Below, piece after piece: positions 43,947 through 55,800 of a stretch of 64,000 nt of DNA. The stretch lies in NCBI GenBank assembly GCA_027923505.1, contig BROI01000019.1, forward strand, positions 310,001 through 374,000. Direction: 5' to 3'. A program made the position numbers and the translations under genes. Below the pieces are notes generated by a model. The model was given only the letters and a program-made list of their open reading frames with translations. It was not told the origin of the DNA and made no database searches. Position 1 is the first letter of the stretch. Each line of letters starts with the position of its first letter. This DNA comes from Mayamaea pseudoterrestris (lineage: Eukaryota).

Positions 43947-44834
43947 ATGAAGCTTCAACTTCCCCTCGGTCTCTTGCTCGCTGCCTTTGGAAGCAACCAT
44001 GTTTCCGCCTTTACCATTCCCTCCAAGTCATCGGCAACAACCTTATCACCATCATCACTTTACTCCACCATGTCCCCAAAAGACACTTCGGACCTTGCTC
44101 TCTTTCCCGACATTCCTCTCCGCCGCATTGAAGGTGCCAACACTCTCATTACCTACAAGCTTCCCGTAGACTGCGAGCGCGTACAAATGGTCCTTGCATC
44201 CAACGGCCGGCCCATGAAGGCCAAGGTGCAGCTATGGGTGGGACCCATTCGGCAGACGCACGGCATGGACATTGACGTGGAGAATGGAGAGCGCACGCCG
44301 TTTCGAGCGACACTAAAATTCAAAAAGGGAGGACCAACGCTTAAGATTAGTGCCAGTTCTGGTTTGGAGTTTCCTTTACTGGCTGGAATTCAAGTGCCAA
44401 CGCCGGAGCGAAACGACGAACTAGCCGCCATTACGCAATCCGAGTGGGACAAGGCGGAAAAGACGTTGGTGCAGGGAGCTAGTGTTTCCGGTGGACATGG
44501 AGCGGTTCGTACCTTTCCGATTGCGGCCAATGTGGAAAGTATTCAAGTCATGATTTGGAGTGTTGATACTGGCAAGAAGAGTATCAAGGCCAAGATTGAA
44601 ATGCTGCAGGGACCGAACAATGCCAAGCAGTCGTACGACTTGCATTTGGGAGGTGGAAGTCAGCCATACCATGCCGTCTTTGCCACGCCGGGTGAGGGAT
44701 GGATGTTGCGCATTTACAATAAAAAGTTTATCGAGGATGGCTTGTTCCAGGTTGCTGTTGTTCCGTACGTGACGGGAGACTATCAAGTGGATCCGACGCA
44801 ACCAGATGCGAGTGGATGGTGGATGGGACGTTAG
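43947..44834 (+). CDS. PyShell (diatom pyrenoid shell) family protein, divergent member, plastid-targeted
   Basis: Signal peptide plus VSA-FTI. Two internally repeated beta domains: IEG..TL.TY...ERVQMVL.SNGRPMKAKVQLWVGP...ENGERTPF...EFPL and VQG...GAVRTFP...VESIQVMI...KAKIEMLQGPNNAKQ...FATPG. These match the PyShell repeat consensus as recalled. Confidence 0.8.
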   Translation: MKLQLPLGLLLAAFGSNHVSAFTIPSKSSATTLSPSSLYSTMSPKDTSDLALFPDIPLRRIEGANTLITYKLPVDCERVQMVLASNGRPMKAKVQLWVGPIRQTHGMDIDVENGERTPFRATLKFKKGGPTLKISASSGLEFPLLAGIQVPTPERNDELAAITQSEWDKAEKTLVQGASVSGGHGAVRTFPIAANVESIQVMIWSVDTGKKSIKAKIEMLQGPNNAKQSYDLHLGGGSQPYHAVFATPGEGWMLRIYNKKFIEDGLFQVAVVPYVTGDYQVDPTQPDASGWWMGR

Positions 44835-45093
44835 AAGATTTTATTATTTCGTTGAGCGAGGGGCAAGATAATCATGGAGCTATGTCATGTAACATACATG
44901 CGTGCTGATATTACAGCACGTATCAAGTCGAAGGCTAGCATGTAGCAATTTAAATATGATAGCTACAATATTCAAATTGTTTTTCTCATTGCTTGGAAAA
45001 GGGTTTTAAAATACCAAGTTGCTCAAGTAAGTATGCTTGAGTCAAGCGCCTCCGCATTGACAATGAGTCCTGCCTTACTTCATTGCTTAAGGT

Positions 45094-46950
45094 CTACTTC
45101 TTGCTCTTCTTCTTTTTCTTCTTAATCGCCGCAGCAAGATCGTCAACATCATCATCGACTGTAGCTGCCACTGGCGCGCTGCGCGCTGCCGTAGCCTCCT
45201 TGGGCGGCGATGTGACAGCAAACTCACTCGTCAGTTCCATTGTTACATCTTCCTCGTCGCTGTCCAATCTTGCGTCAAGAGCAGATACAGAAGTGGCTGA
45301 TGCTCCTGGTATTGACATAGTAGTCCGCGGTTCTTGAGCAGTCGGTGTTGCTTCGACTTCCATTTTTTGAGGCGCAGCCTTTTCCTTTCTTGGCGCTGCT
45401 ACTCTCGGCTCAGTACGATCCACTTTCATAGCATCAACGTTCATTGTGTCATTCGTCACGCTACTGTCGGTCGTCGCACTAGCTTGGACAGATTTCATCA
45501 GCGCCGCCAGCAAGGCCGAACTCCCGTCATCGCGCTGGCGCCGAGTATTCGCAGCTTCATCAGCCGCGTTCTTGGGATTCTCACGCACCTTGGACGGAAC
45601 GTGGGCAACATTGTAGTCCAATGCCTGTCGCCGGAGCGCCTCCTCCGCTTGTGCCTGCGCCCGTGCCGCACTCGCCTGATCGGCAGACTGGTCACCTTCC
45701 ACAACGAGATCCGAAGCCTGCTGCCAAAATGGAATTCCCGTTGGAGGAACTACCTTCTCATCAACTTGCGGTGGTAGCACGTCAGCATGCGTCTGCTTTT
45801 GTAAACGATCCAATCGCTCCTGCAAGGCCTTTTCATCCGCTTCTTTCAATGCTTGCTCAAGCGTCGGACAAAGTGTTTGCGTCACACACTGGTTCGCCAG
45901 TTTCGCGCACTCCTTTAATACGATTGGAGAAATTTCGCAACCACCAAAGTCCAGCAGACAAACTTCGCCGTGTACATTCATGGCAATGACGAGAGTGTTG
46001 GTGCTGTTGGACGCCAGTGCAAGCTCCTCGCGAGCGTTGGGGTCCATGATAATGGCCATGTTGTTGTTGGAGTTTTCGTCGTCGACATCGTCCATGTGAA
46101 TAGTCGACTGCTCACCGCGTGGCATTAACGCAAAGGAAACACTGAGCGGCGTATGATGAATCGGAAGCGGAGTTGGTTCCTTGAAATCGACCGAAACAAT
46201 CTTGGGAGGAAGTGGCGCATTTGACGAAATTGCTCCAGCACCAGCAGTTGCTTCATCACTTCCCTCCATCTGCTGCTGCTGCTGCGTCTCCAAGTGAGGC
46301 TTGCGGTAGTGCCGCAGCGCCGCCATGCACGCCAAGGTGCAGGCATCCATGAGGTTGCCGCCACTGGCATCGAGCACCGTGACACTCAGCGTCAGCTCCC
46401 ACACCCAATGTTGCGGCGTCACGCAGAGCGCTTCCGTATCCATGGCGCCTCCCAATATCAGTATGCGCTCCAAACTGCGGAGTATGCGATTCGTCAGGAG
46501 CTTTTGCGTGGGATCGGGTGGAACACCGCGAGCAGCACCAGCTGCACCTGTCGTACCAACTGGTTGTCCAAACCGAAAACTGGTAGACGCCGCCGGCGAA
46601 AGATCCACCGACAGTCGAATGGCTCCTTCCGCTGGTCGATCAGGGTTGGGTGGTGGAACAATGGATGCCGTGCAAACGCAAATGATTCTGGTGGAACTCC
46701 CCCACTGCACGGTGGCCGAGGCGCCTTCGTCCCATCGCGCCAGCTCCAAGCGATGCGACCGTAGTTGGTTCCAGGCGCGGCCGTCGGTTCGTAGCAGACG
46801 ACTAGTTTGGCGTATAGCATTCTTTGAAGTGGCGCTACCCGCCGCTGCGCTCGTAATAAATTCTCGTTCGACGCGAGACAAGCTCTTTGGACCAGCGTCG
46901 TCGCGGATTGGAATGTAAGCAGATGACGGTTGGAATGATATTTCTGACAT
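45094..46950 (-). CDS. RRP45: Exosome core subunit RRP45/EXOSC9 (RNase PH family)
   Basis: LRTDGR, PNPDRPAEG, DTEALCV, VLDASGGNLMDAC.LA.MAALRHYRKP, PLPIHHTP and IAMNVHGEVC; Lys-rich C-terminal NLS. First ATG 46950. Confidence 0.92.
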   Translation of the reverse strand: MSEISFQPSSAYIPIRDDAGPKSLSRVEREFITSAAAGSATSKNAIRQTSRLLRTDGRAWNQLRSHRLELARWDEGASATVQWGSSTRIICVCTASIVPPPNPDRPAEGAIRLSVDLSPAASTSFRFGQPVGTTGAAGAARGVPPDPTQKLLTNRILRSLERILILGGAMDTEALCVTPQHWVWELTLSVTVLDASGGNLMDACTLACMAALRHYRKPHLETQQQQQMEGSDEATAGAGAISSNAPLPPKIVSVDFKEPTPLPIHHTPLSVSFALMPRGEQSTIHMDDVDDENSNNNMAIIMDPNAREELALASNSTNTLVIAMNVHGEVCLLDFGGCEISPIVLKECAKLANQCVTQTLCPTLEQALKEADEKALQERLDRLQKQTHADVLPPQVDEKVVPPTGIPFWQQASDLVVEGDQSADQASAARAQAQAEEALRRQALDYNVAHVPSKVRENPKNAADEAANTRRQRDDGSSALLAALMKSVQASATTDSSVTNDTMNVDAMKVDRTEPRVAAPRKEKAAPQKMEVEATPTAQEPRTTMSIPGASATSVSALDARLDSDEEDVTMELTSEFAVTSPPKEATAARSAPVAATVDDDVDDLAAAIKKKKKKSKK

Positions 46951-47144
46951 GACAAGGTATGCAAAGATCTGTAGCTTTGATGCCAAGTCTCCTTTCTTCG
47001 TGACGGAAGCTATAGCTGAGATGTAGCGAGTCTCGTCATGGTGGATTGATCTTTCGGTGGTAGTCGTGTCAGTGCCGGTACGTCATTCAAAGAAACGGTG
47101 CGACATTTTTGAATGAGCGACGACGACAAAAGCATGACCCGACC

Positions 47145-48725
47145 ATGGACCAAAAGCGACAACCCGGCAGGTGGTACATGAGCATCCACTGTAAAGGACA
47201 TAAAGACTCTCACGACGAAACAATGAAAAATATACGAAAAGCAATATTCTCAATCGGCAGCGGAACGGAGGAAACCAGCAGCGATGAACACGATGATCTT
47301 ACCGCAGCACCCTTGTCATCTTCGTCATACTCAAGTCAACCTAATTGGGAACAAAAACAGTCGTCATTTACCTCTCTGAATGCATCAAATGCGCACAGAC
47401 GGCAGAGTGAATCAATTGTAGTTTGCAAACAGTCGCCTGGCCTTGATGAACATGATTCTGCATCTGCTGCTCCTTCTCCTCCTTTACAACCACATTTACA
47501 ACAATGGCGACTAGAGCATTCGTTCGCAGCAGCCGCCTTGACGCTGCTCTTACTTCAATTCCTCTTGGCTCAATTTGTTCCTTATACGAGTCTGCACGAT
47601 GAATCAACTTTTGGCCAAGCCGGTGAGCATTTACAGACGAATCGAGAATGGCAAACTCATAATCAAACATTATCAATATCGAAATCTCGCTGCGCCATAC
47701 TATTTTGGGGCTTGCCGCGCGCCTTTGAATCACTGGTACTGCCATCGATTGAACGCAACGTCATACGCATCAATGCCAAGTACGATTGCGACTATTACAT
47801 GCACTACTTTGTCCGCGAGGAGGAGCAAGCTGGTCGGTCCGGTGAAGGCGGACACATTGACTCCAACCAAGTGTACCAACTGAAACCATCCGTTGAAAGG
47901 ATTCAACAATCACCACAAGGACGCATACCAATTGTTGAATTCGCCTTTACCAAGGACCTAGACTTTTTAATCGAGCATCAAGAGTTGCTTCAAAAGATTC
48001 GTGACACGGTCGACGCCAACGGCAAGCACTTGTACTTTCCCGACAACGCTCGCACCTACACCTTTCCAGTCACGACGGATAACATTATCCGCATGTGGCA
48101 TACCATTCGAGAGGCCTGGAAGCTCATGGAGATGCATGAAAACAAACAAGGTGTAACGTATGATCGCGTGGCAATGCTGCGCAACGATGTACTTTACGCA
48201 ACACCCATTGACATTTACCAGCTCCAAGCCAAGACCAACACCACGGATCATTTCAATAGCTTCGCCGTCATTCCTGGCTTTGGTCGTCATCCCGTTTCCG
48301 ATCGACTCATTTACGGACCGCGTCGCGCCGTTCAAATTTGGGCATTGCAGCGATTCAGTCGACTGGAGCAGCACGTTCAGTGGATACAGAAACATGATCC
48401 AGGCTGGGGGCTGCATAGTGAGCGCTTTGTCAACTATACGTTGTTTCGCGCCATGCGAAACAATCAAGGTGTCAATGTGGTGGAGCATGATACAATTTGC
48501 TTCATGCGAGCGCGGTCCGATAGTAGTGTTTGGGTAAGTGACTGCGATGGAGTCGCATCAGTCACTTTGCCATCCATTGCGGCAAATCTGGAACGCATAG
48601 CGAGTAGTAAGCGTGAGCTTGTGGAGCAAGTGATTGGACGACAGTGTGAGGAGCTGACGAGGCGGACCAAGCCAATGGCGTCGGTGTTGCATTGTCCGCC
48701 TCCAGACGCTGCAACAGCTACATGA
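47145..48725 (+). CDS. Uncharacterised type II membrane protein, putative glycosyltransferase-like
   Basis: One TM helix followed by CAILFWGLPRAF...YDRVAMLRNDVLY...SDRLIYG...LHSERF. Start uncertain (47145 or 47223). Confidence 0.5.
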   Translation: MDQKRQPGRWYMSIHCKGHKDSHDETMKNIRKAIFSIGSGTEETSSDEHDDLTAAPLSSSSYSSQPNWEQKQSSFTSLNASNAHRRQSESIVVCKQSPGLDEHDSASAAPSPPLQPHLQQWRLEHSFAAAALTLLLLQFLLAQFVPYTSLHDESTFGQAGEHLQTNREWQTHNQTLSISKSRCAILFWGLPRAFESLVLPSIERNVIRINAKYDCDYYMHYFVREEEQAGRSGEGGHIDSNQVYQLKPSVERIQQSPQGRIPIVEFAFTKDLDFLIEHQELLQKIRDTVDANGKHLYFPDNARTYTFPVTTDNIIRMWHTIREAWKLMEMHENKQGVTYDRVAMLRNDVLYATPIDIYQLQAKTNTTDHFNSFAVIPGFGRHPVSDRLIYGPRRAVQIWALQRFSRLEQHVQWIQKHDPGWGLHSERFVNYTLFRAMRNNQGVNVVEHDTICFMRARSDSSVWVSDCDGVASVTLPSIAANLERIASSKRELVEQVIGRQCEELTRRTKPMASVLHCPPPDAATAT

Positions 48726-49108
48726 AGCCTATAACATGACGGTGCAGGTGAAATTGCAAAATTAAATTACTGTTAAAAACTATTTATTGACTGTTACCTT
48801 TTTACTTTTAAGGCGCAATAGAAGGATGATAACGGTCTTGGGCTAAAGGAGGGAGGTAGATAGTTAACGATGACGACTAAACCGTGACTGAGATCTTAAA
48901 AACGGATGATGAGCGCGCGCGGCGAAGTTCGAAACGTCGACCGTCGAATTTTCGTCAGCCACCAAGCAAGAATCGTCGATGCAGATCCCACAGCACCTCT
49001 TGGAGAGGGAAAGGAGAGCTTAAAGTGAACAATCTTAACGATCAAGAAGAGTATTTTGTTGCATACTGAACAAAGGAAAACGAGAACGTATTCATTTTAT
49101 CTTTTACC

Positions 49109-50634
49109 ATGCGATCTAGCCTACCCATTCCTCGATTCCTACTGCATCGGCATCGGCACTTGCAAAGGCCATTACATGACAAACTTATCCAGAATGACTC
49201 CACAACAGCAAGCATATTGTACAAAGCCACAGCCAGACGGACCAAAGCATCGTCGTCTGCTTTTTTAAATTTACACTCGGTCGTTCCAGAGTCGGTCCGA
49301 GAGTCCGTCAAGTCGTCCTTTCTCAACGAGGCAGCAAAGCACGACAGTCGGCTTTGGCGTAACGACAAGAACCAAGTCAATGGCAGTCTTGACGGCGATG
49401 TCGATCGACCGCTATCAACGTCACTATTAGATCCATTGGATGATTTATACTTGACTGACTCGCCACGCTATTTTCCAAACCTTCCGTCTCATGTTTCAAC
49501 ATTGGCTGACCCCTTTGCACTGGCTAAACTCGAACTCGACTCTTTATCTAATTCTATACGGGAAGACTTGATTGGGACGAGTCATCCAGTACTCAACCAA
49601 GCAGCTTCTTACTTTTTTGACAAGTCGGCCGACTCTGGGAAAAAGATTCGTCCCATGATGGTCATGCTTCTTTCGCGCGCCCTCTCCGACTCAAGCGAAC
49701 GAAACGACACAGCGTCACCGTCACTCTTTGCAACGCCAATGGACTGGCAGCGCCCCGATCTTCCTCAGGCGCAGCGGCGGCTGGCGGAAATCTCGGAAAT
49801 GATTCATACGGCATCGCTCTTTCGTAAGTTTGAAACGGTTGTGAAAGGTTAAAAACGTCGTTGTTGACAATACATGAATCAACATGACTCATTCCTATTC
49901 ATAATTACTCAGACGACGATGTCATTGACGGGTCTGACTTGCGGCGGGGTGTGCCATCCGTGCACATGGTCTTTGGTAACAAAATGGCCATTTTAGCCGG
50001 TGACTACCTGCTGGCAAGGGCCAGCATTTGCTTGGCCCGTCTTCGCAACGTGCACGTTGTGGAGTGCATGTCTACCATTATTGAGCACTTGGTGCGAGGC
50101 GAAGTCATGCAAATGCGAGGCACCAAGGAGAAGGACTCGAGCAACGAACGAGTCGTTTACTATTTAAGAAAGAATTTCTACAAGACGGCCAGTCTCATGG
50201 CGAATTCGTGCAAGAGTGCGGCTTTGCTTGGAGACTACCCACTAGAATATGTTGATGCAGCCTATCGATATGGAAAACATGTGGGTATGGCTTTTCAACT
50301 CGTTGATGATGTGCTTGACTTTGAAGGCTCATTAATGTCGCTGGGTAAGCCATCACTGGCAGATCTAAAGGCTGGATTGGCAACTGCACCAGTCTTGTTT
50401 GCAGCCGAAGAATTTCCGGAACTAAACCCGCTCATTGAGCGAAAATTCAAGCAGGATGGCGACGCGGAGCGCGCCGTCGATTATGTAAATGACTCGCGAG
50501 GAATGGAGCGTACAAAGGAACTGGCCATTGTACATGCAGAACTTGCCATGGATGCGATTATGGAGCTCTATCCGTCGGAGCATCGAGACTCTCTTGTGCA
50601 ATTGGCGAAAAAGGTTGTATCCAGGACAAAGTAG
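49109..50634 (+). CDS. Long-chain trans-polyprenyl diphosphate synthase (COQ1/PDSS1/SPS type), probably mitochondrial; 2 exons
   Basis: GKKIRP. Intron 49824-49912 restores EMIHTASLFHDDVID (FARM). Also RRG, GNKMAILAGDYLL, KTASL, AFQLVDDVLD (SARM) and DLKAGLATAPVL. Confidence 0.94.
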
Positions 50635-50954
50635 GCCTATATAAAACTCGCGTGAAGTTAAATTAACCGCGCGATTTTTTACTTTCACTAAGCTTTTGAT
50701 ACGATACAAACACTAAGAAATCTCTGGGTTGTCATATTATTCACTTCGACAGCTCTGACCATAGCAATCGCATTGCTTTAAAAGCTTTTCTAGTAGCTTG
50801 CGCCCGAGACAATTCTAAATATAGATAAGTAAATTCCATATGTTATACTACAATGTCAGATGGTCTTTGTGGATATGTTTATTTTCAGATCCTGCATCAT
50901 AGTATTATTCATTGTACATACACCACATCAATACTCAAATCTTTTTCCATCTGC

Positions 50955-52306
50955 TTACAAAAGTTCCTTTTGCATCGTCGGCGTCAAGAATTCCGCCACG
51001 CGCAAAGTTTCAACTGCCGTGTCAATCGTCGCCACTCCTTTTGGTTCCGTTCCATTGGCGCAAAAGGCAGCAACTCGCTCCTTGACGGTAATGTAGTCGG
51101 GATCTTGAACAAAGAAATAGGGCATGGCGCCAGGATACTCAGCTTCCAGCTGCTTGACATTGGCCATGTCCTCCTCGTCGGGCATTTCGTGGCGAAACAC
51201 TTCCTTGCCATCAATTTCAACCGTCGCATAACTAGTGTTTCCTCCGCAACGATCAGCTGCAACTGACACTTCCTTGCCGGTTTTGGTCTTGATGGTAAAC
51301 TTGATCTTGTTAAAGTCTGTAAATTCCTTGCCAGAGGGACCCTTGAGCGTCTGGCACGAGGAAAACTCCTTGTCCGCCGTCACTGATTCAATGTTTTCGA
51401 CCGTGACATCATAAAAGCTGACCAACAAGGCAAGTTCGTGAATGGCCATGTTTTTGAGCATCCCTTCGGCGTTGCGTTCAAAACATTCGCCCAGCGACTC
51501 GGGCGTGTTTTCGTAAGAGTTGTTACTGACAAACGTAATATGTCCGCCATGTTCCGCCTGATACTCGCGGGCCCTGGTGACAAACTTGCAAACATTCTTG
51601 TTGTAGCCCATGAGCACGGCAACGCCAGCAGCCTTGGCAGTGTCGCGCATCTCTTCGAGCTCCGAAACGGTGGGAGCGCCAGGCTTTTCGAGGTAAATGG
51701 TCGAGCAACCAGCCTGCAATGAGCAGATGCAGTAAAGTAAGCAAATGATAAATAACAAGAAACCACAGTTGCGTCAAGCGAACAAAAAGCGCAGCTCGAA
51801 TATCGTATCGTCGACAAGTCGTCACGTTCAGCAAGCAGTGCACTGCTTCCGGAGCTTTCGCATTCGACTCTCATTCAAAACTTTTCGTTACAATGACATG
51901 CACTCGCCCTCCATCAATTTATCATTTATTCTCTCGCATTCGTCATTTGTTGAAAAATCAAGTATAAACTTACATCAATCGCCTCCTTGAGCAAGCGTGG
52001 ATTATCCGCCGTGCGTCCGCTAATCAACGCCAGTCGCTTGACTCCGTCTTCCACCGCCGGCAAGTCCTTGACAGAAGTCCAAAACTGAACACCATGTTCA
52101 GATTCACACTTCTTCTTGTATTCCATAAACTCTGGTCCGCCTGGTCCCTTGGATCCAGCTTCCGAAAGAAACCAAGGCTCAACGACATGACGCAACTTGG
52201 CGGATGGACACTTGCCCTTGAGCAATTGCTCGCCATGGTACCAACCCATGCCACGGTTTGGAGCGCCACAGCCAATGAGGACAACTTCACACTGATGACT
52301 AGTCAT
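50955..52306 (-). CDS. Gfo/Idh/MocA-family NAD(P)-dependent oxidoreductase; 2 exons
   Basis: Rossmann motif VVLIGCG...MG. Intron 51714-51973 gives EAIDAGCSTIYLEKP; VLMGYNK and GMLKNMAIHEL follow. Confidence 0.88.
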
Positions 52307-52869
52307 GATACTTGCTTGCTTGCTTGTTTGCTGCTTGTATTGTGGTCTTGATTGACTTGAATTTGTGAACAAAATTTGTGCTGGCCGTCGATTTGGTGTG
52401 ACATCCATCGATCGTGACGATCCGGATCTTTGGCTTACTCATGAGTGATCGCTATGGCACTGATTAAGCGTAAGTGTTTTGATTTTACGAGCGCTTCAGA
52501 GAAGTTAGTATGCGAACTCCGGAAGCATGCCTTGCGTCACGTCGGTTCACTGCCGCGCCTTGGTCTAGCTACCCGTATCAAACCATCTACCGACAGCAAC
52601 GAGGTTGCAACGCTAGCAATACCAAGTCCGTTCGGCCACCATCGCTCACAATGTCGACGCATACGCCATAGAAGATTTTCTAATTTTCGATCTCTTTCTC
52701 GTTTGCAGTCAAACCCTACATTGCGTCGAGTGCGTCGCGATTCACACTTGAAATTCATCGGTAACTTTTAACGTTTTCTTTCTAATTGACTTAAGATGTT
52801 AAGTTATACAAACCACCAATTTACAGTGCAATCTAGCATGTACAGTGGTTCCTCGTATGTCGCCATTTC

Positions 52870-55800
52870 CTATGCATCATCATTTTCAATAACCATACTT
52901 CGTTCACTAGCACTCCGCTGCAGCAGCGCTGGCCGATTCAACTTTTGAATGCCATCAAACTGACAAGAGCAGTGGCATCCACTCACTGGGCATGTTTCAT
53001 GCTTGGCAAACCAACCTACCAAGTGATGTGCATGTCCGCCATGCTTGCAGCGCATGCACCAGCTAAACCATTCACCAAAGGGCAAGTTGCCGAGCGAACT
53101 CAAGTCGCCAGTTGAAGTGGAGGTGACACTGCCGCCACGCGTAGCGCTTCTTGATCTATCCTTGGTGAGTTCCATGTAGGGGTTCAATGTTCCAAGACTA
53201 AGTAAGCAGATGGCGCAGCGTGGGAGAGGCTTGCGACATTGGGGACAGCATGCCAAGACTGGCTTCATCTTGGAGAGCCATTGACTGGCGTGCACATCTT
53301 GCGAGGTGAGACCAAGTGGAGAGTTACAATAGTTGCAGCGAGCGTCCAACTGGCAAGGGGCACTGGCGGCTTGGATGTCGGGGTCAATGGGACGCGGACC
53401 TTGGTGTTTGCGGTTGCGAAGAGCTCCGGCGTTGCGGTTCCTTGTACTGCTGCTGCCTTGAAAGGTGTTCGTCGTCAGGGACTTTGTTGCACCTGAGACT
53501 GTCCCTTGTTTTGCCTTGACTTGACGCAAAAGGTCAGCTCGATCAACGTCAAACATGGCCCGGCTTTGCCACATTTGCCAAGAATTCAGCAGAGACCGAT
53601 ATCCATCCAACCATTCTTCGCAAATAAGTTTTTCCTGGACATAGTCGGGAGGGAATATGACGCGGCTGGTCACCAAAGCTGCTGTCTGAACGTCCGCATA
53701 TTTATCGACGTATGATTGTAGAATAATGATGCCATCCTTGTCGAGTCCAGTGACTGTGACACCTTCCACGTCCCCAGTTGCCTGGCATCGTCGAATACAC
53801 TCGTCAAGAAAGACTACCAGCTGATTCCGGGCTAGGAACCGACAAGCAAAGCCGACTCTGTCACACAGACTTATGGACGCGTCGTTGAGTATGTCAATAT
53901 GCTTGTCGTCCGACCCCAGATTCAAAAGGAATGACAAGACAGTTCTGAGATACGCAACTTGGCTTGTCGAACGAGGTGAGCCGACAAGTGCATCTCGCTG
54001 CAACAACTTGCTACACGAACGTTTCCAAACGGTTGACACTGACAACTTCGAATTGTCTCCACCTCGATAACCAGCTACACACAGAGCAACAAGCTCTAAG
54101 GTTTCTGCGTACGAGAGTGACTCTTCCACATCGGCACTATCAGCTCTTTTCCTTCCCTGCAATCGCCCACGAATAGCTTCAGCTCCTCGCTCCAACGCTC
54201 CGACAGCAGCTTCAAGACTCCCATGCCAAACAGCCAAGGCGGCTCCTCGTTCGTATTCCCCAAGGTCTTCGCATTCGCCCATTACATTGACTAGGTTAAA
54301 TTTGCCAGCCCAGCCACACGATGTCAGCGCTGCACGACGACCTGGACTGTCGTACGTCAAACATGCCAAGTTGTCAGAAAACACCTCGACATCCACCTCT
54401 TTTCCATGATCTTCGTGGATCAAACGCCAAGCTCCAGCGCCAATCAAACCCTTGGCATGCCAAGCAGCTCCATCTGCCCATAGGTCTTCCACAGCTGCTT
54501 CGGAGCATAGAGCTTCAACCCTTTCAATCCAGCTCCAAAGGCGGAGCAGAGCCGCGCGAGTCGGCAAGGACAATGACGATTCTGCCACAAGACCATCTTC
54601 CGCTAAGACTTTAATATTCGACGAAGCAACCATGGAATATTTTGCCACGTGCTGACATCGAGCCCGTCTCATCATGGTTGAGCTAATGTCCTCGTCGCTT
54701 TGAATACGCAGACTCTCCATCGCAGAAGGGCCATCTGACGGGGAGCCAATCCACAAGGCACGTCCAAAGGAATGCACAATTCTTCCATCGCGAGGTGAAA
54801 TGGCGACAGGCGCAACAGTGGTTCGGGCAGCGCTGACGACTTTGCGATCAGTAGTGACAGCAACGAGTCGGTTGGGAAATAATTCTGCCATCAAATGGCC
54901 GCTCGTTATCGGCTCGTTACATGGAACTGGCGCTGAAAATGGATACAAGCAAAAGTCGAGCACTGAATCCTCCAGATACGTCGTATTAACGTGCACGGAG
55001 CGAGATGCAGATGATAACGTATCATACTCGTGGACAACGTCACCAACGCCAACAGCAATCTTGCCGGCTTCAGTCGCAGACCACTGGACGGCAGTGATGG
55101 AAGCAGTATTCTGACTAATGTTCATGTCGGTCATGCTGTTGCCTTGGCCAGTCACCTTGATTTCGCTTACGACAGTGTCCATCATTCTTGCATCCCATAG
55201 CTTGACTGGTTCATTGGCGGCCCTGCAAAAAGTCGCAAATTGCCAAGGGCGAAATGGATCTCTCTCTATCCCATGAACACCAAAGTTATGTGCATAAACG
55301 GACATGATGGGAGTTTGCTGGAACTGCTGCTGACTAGTACCAATCCGAACGTCATATAGTTGCAGATTACGCAGCTGCCCTCCAACGGCCAAGGTATGGC
55401 CATCCTCCAGCACCCATTCAAGCGATGCCACACCCATCTGATATGATAGCTTAAACAGCGGTACAGTAGATTTCAAACCTCGTCCTCCACCTGCGCGACC
55501 ACCAGGCGCACCGGCAGTGGTTGACGAACCCAGCGTCGGCGATAATGACTGCGTTGACTGCTGCTGCTGTTGTTGTTGATGTTCAATGTCCCAAAGGTAG
55601 CAGCAGTAATCCCGATCTCCTCCAGTCGCCGCGGTGGCAGATGACGGTCGGAGCAAGCTACTTGTCTGTGCAACCGATGTCCGCAAACCAACTGACTGTT
55701 GACTGTTGCTACTGCTTCCTCCTCGGTCACTGCTTGTTGGCGTTCCTGCAGTCCCTGGATGATGGTTTGGTCCAACCAAGCCAATGGCCACGTGATGAGA

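Noticed and set aside
52437..52446. 10-bp palindrome ACTCATGAGT upstream of the oxidoreductase
   Set aside because: Palindromes of this length are expected by chance many times in 64 kb.
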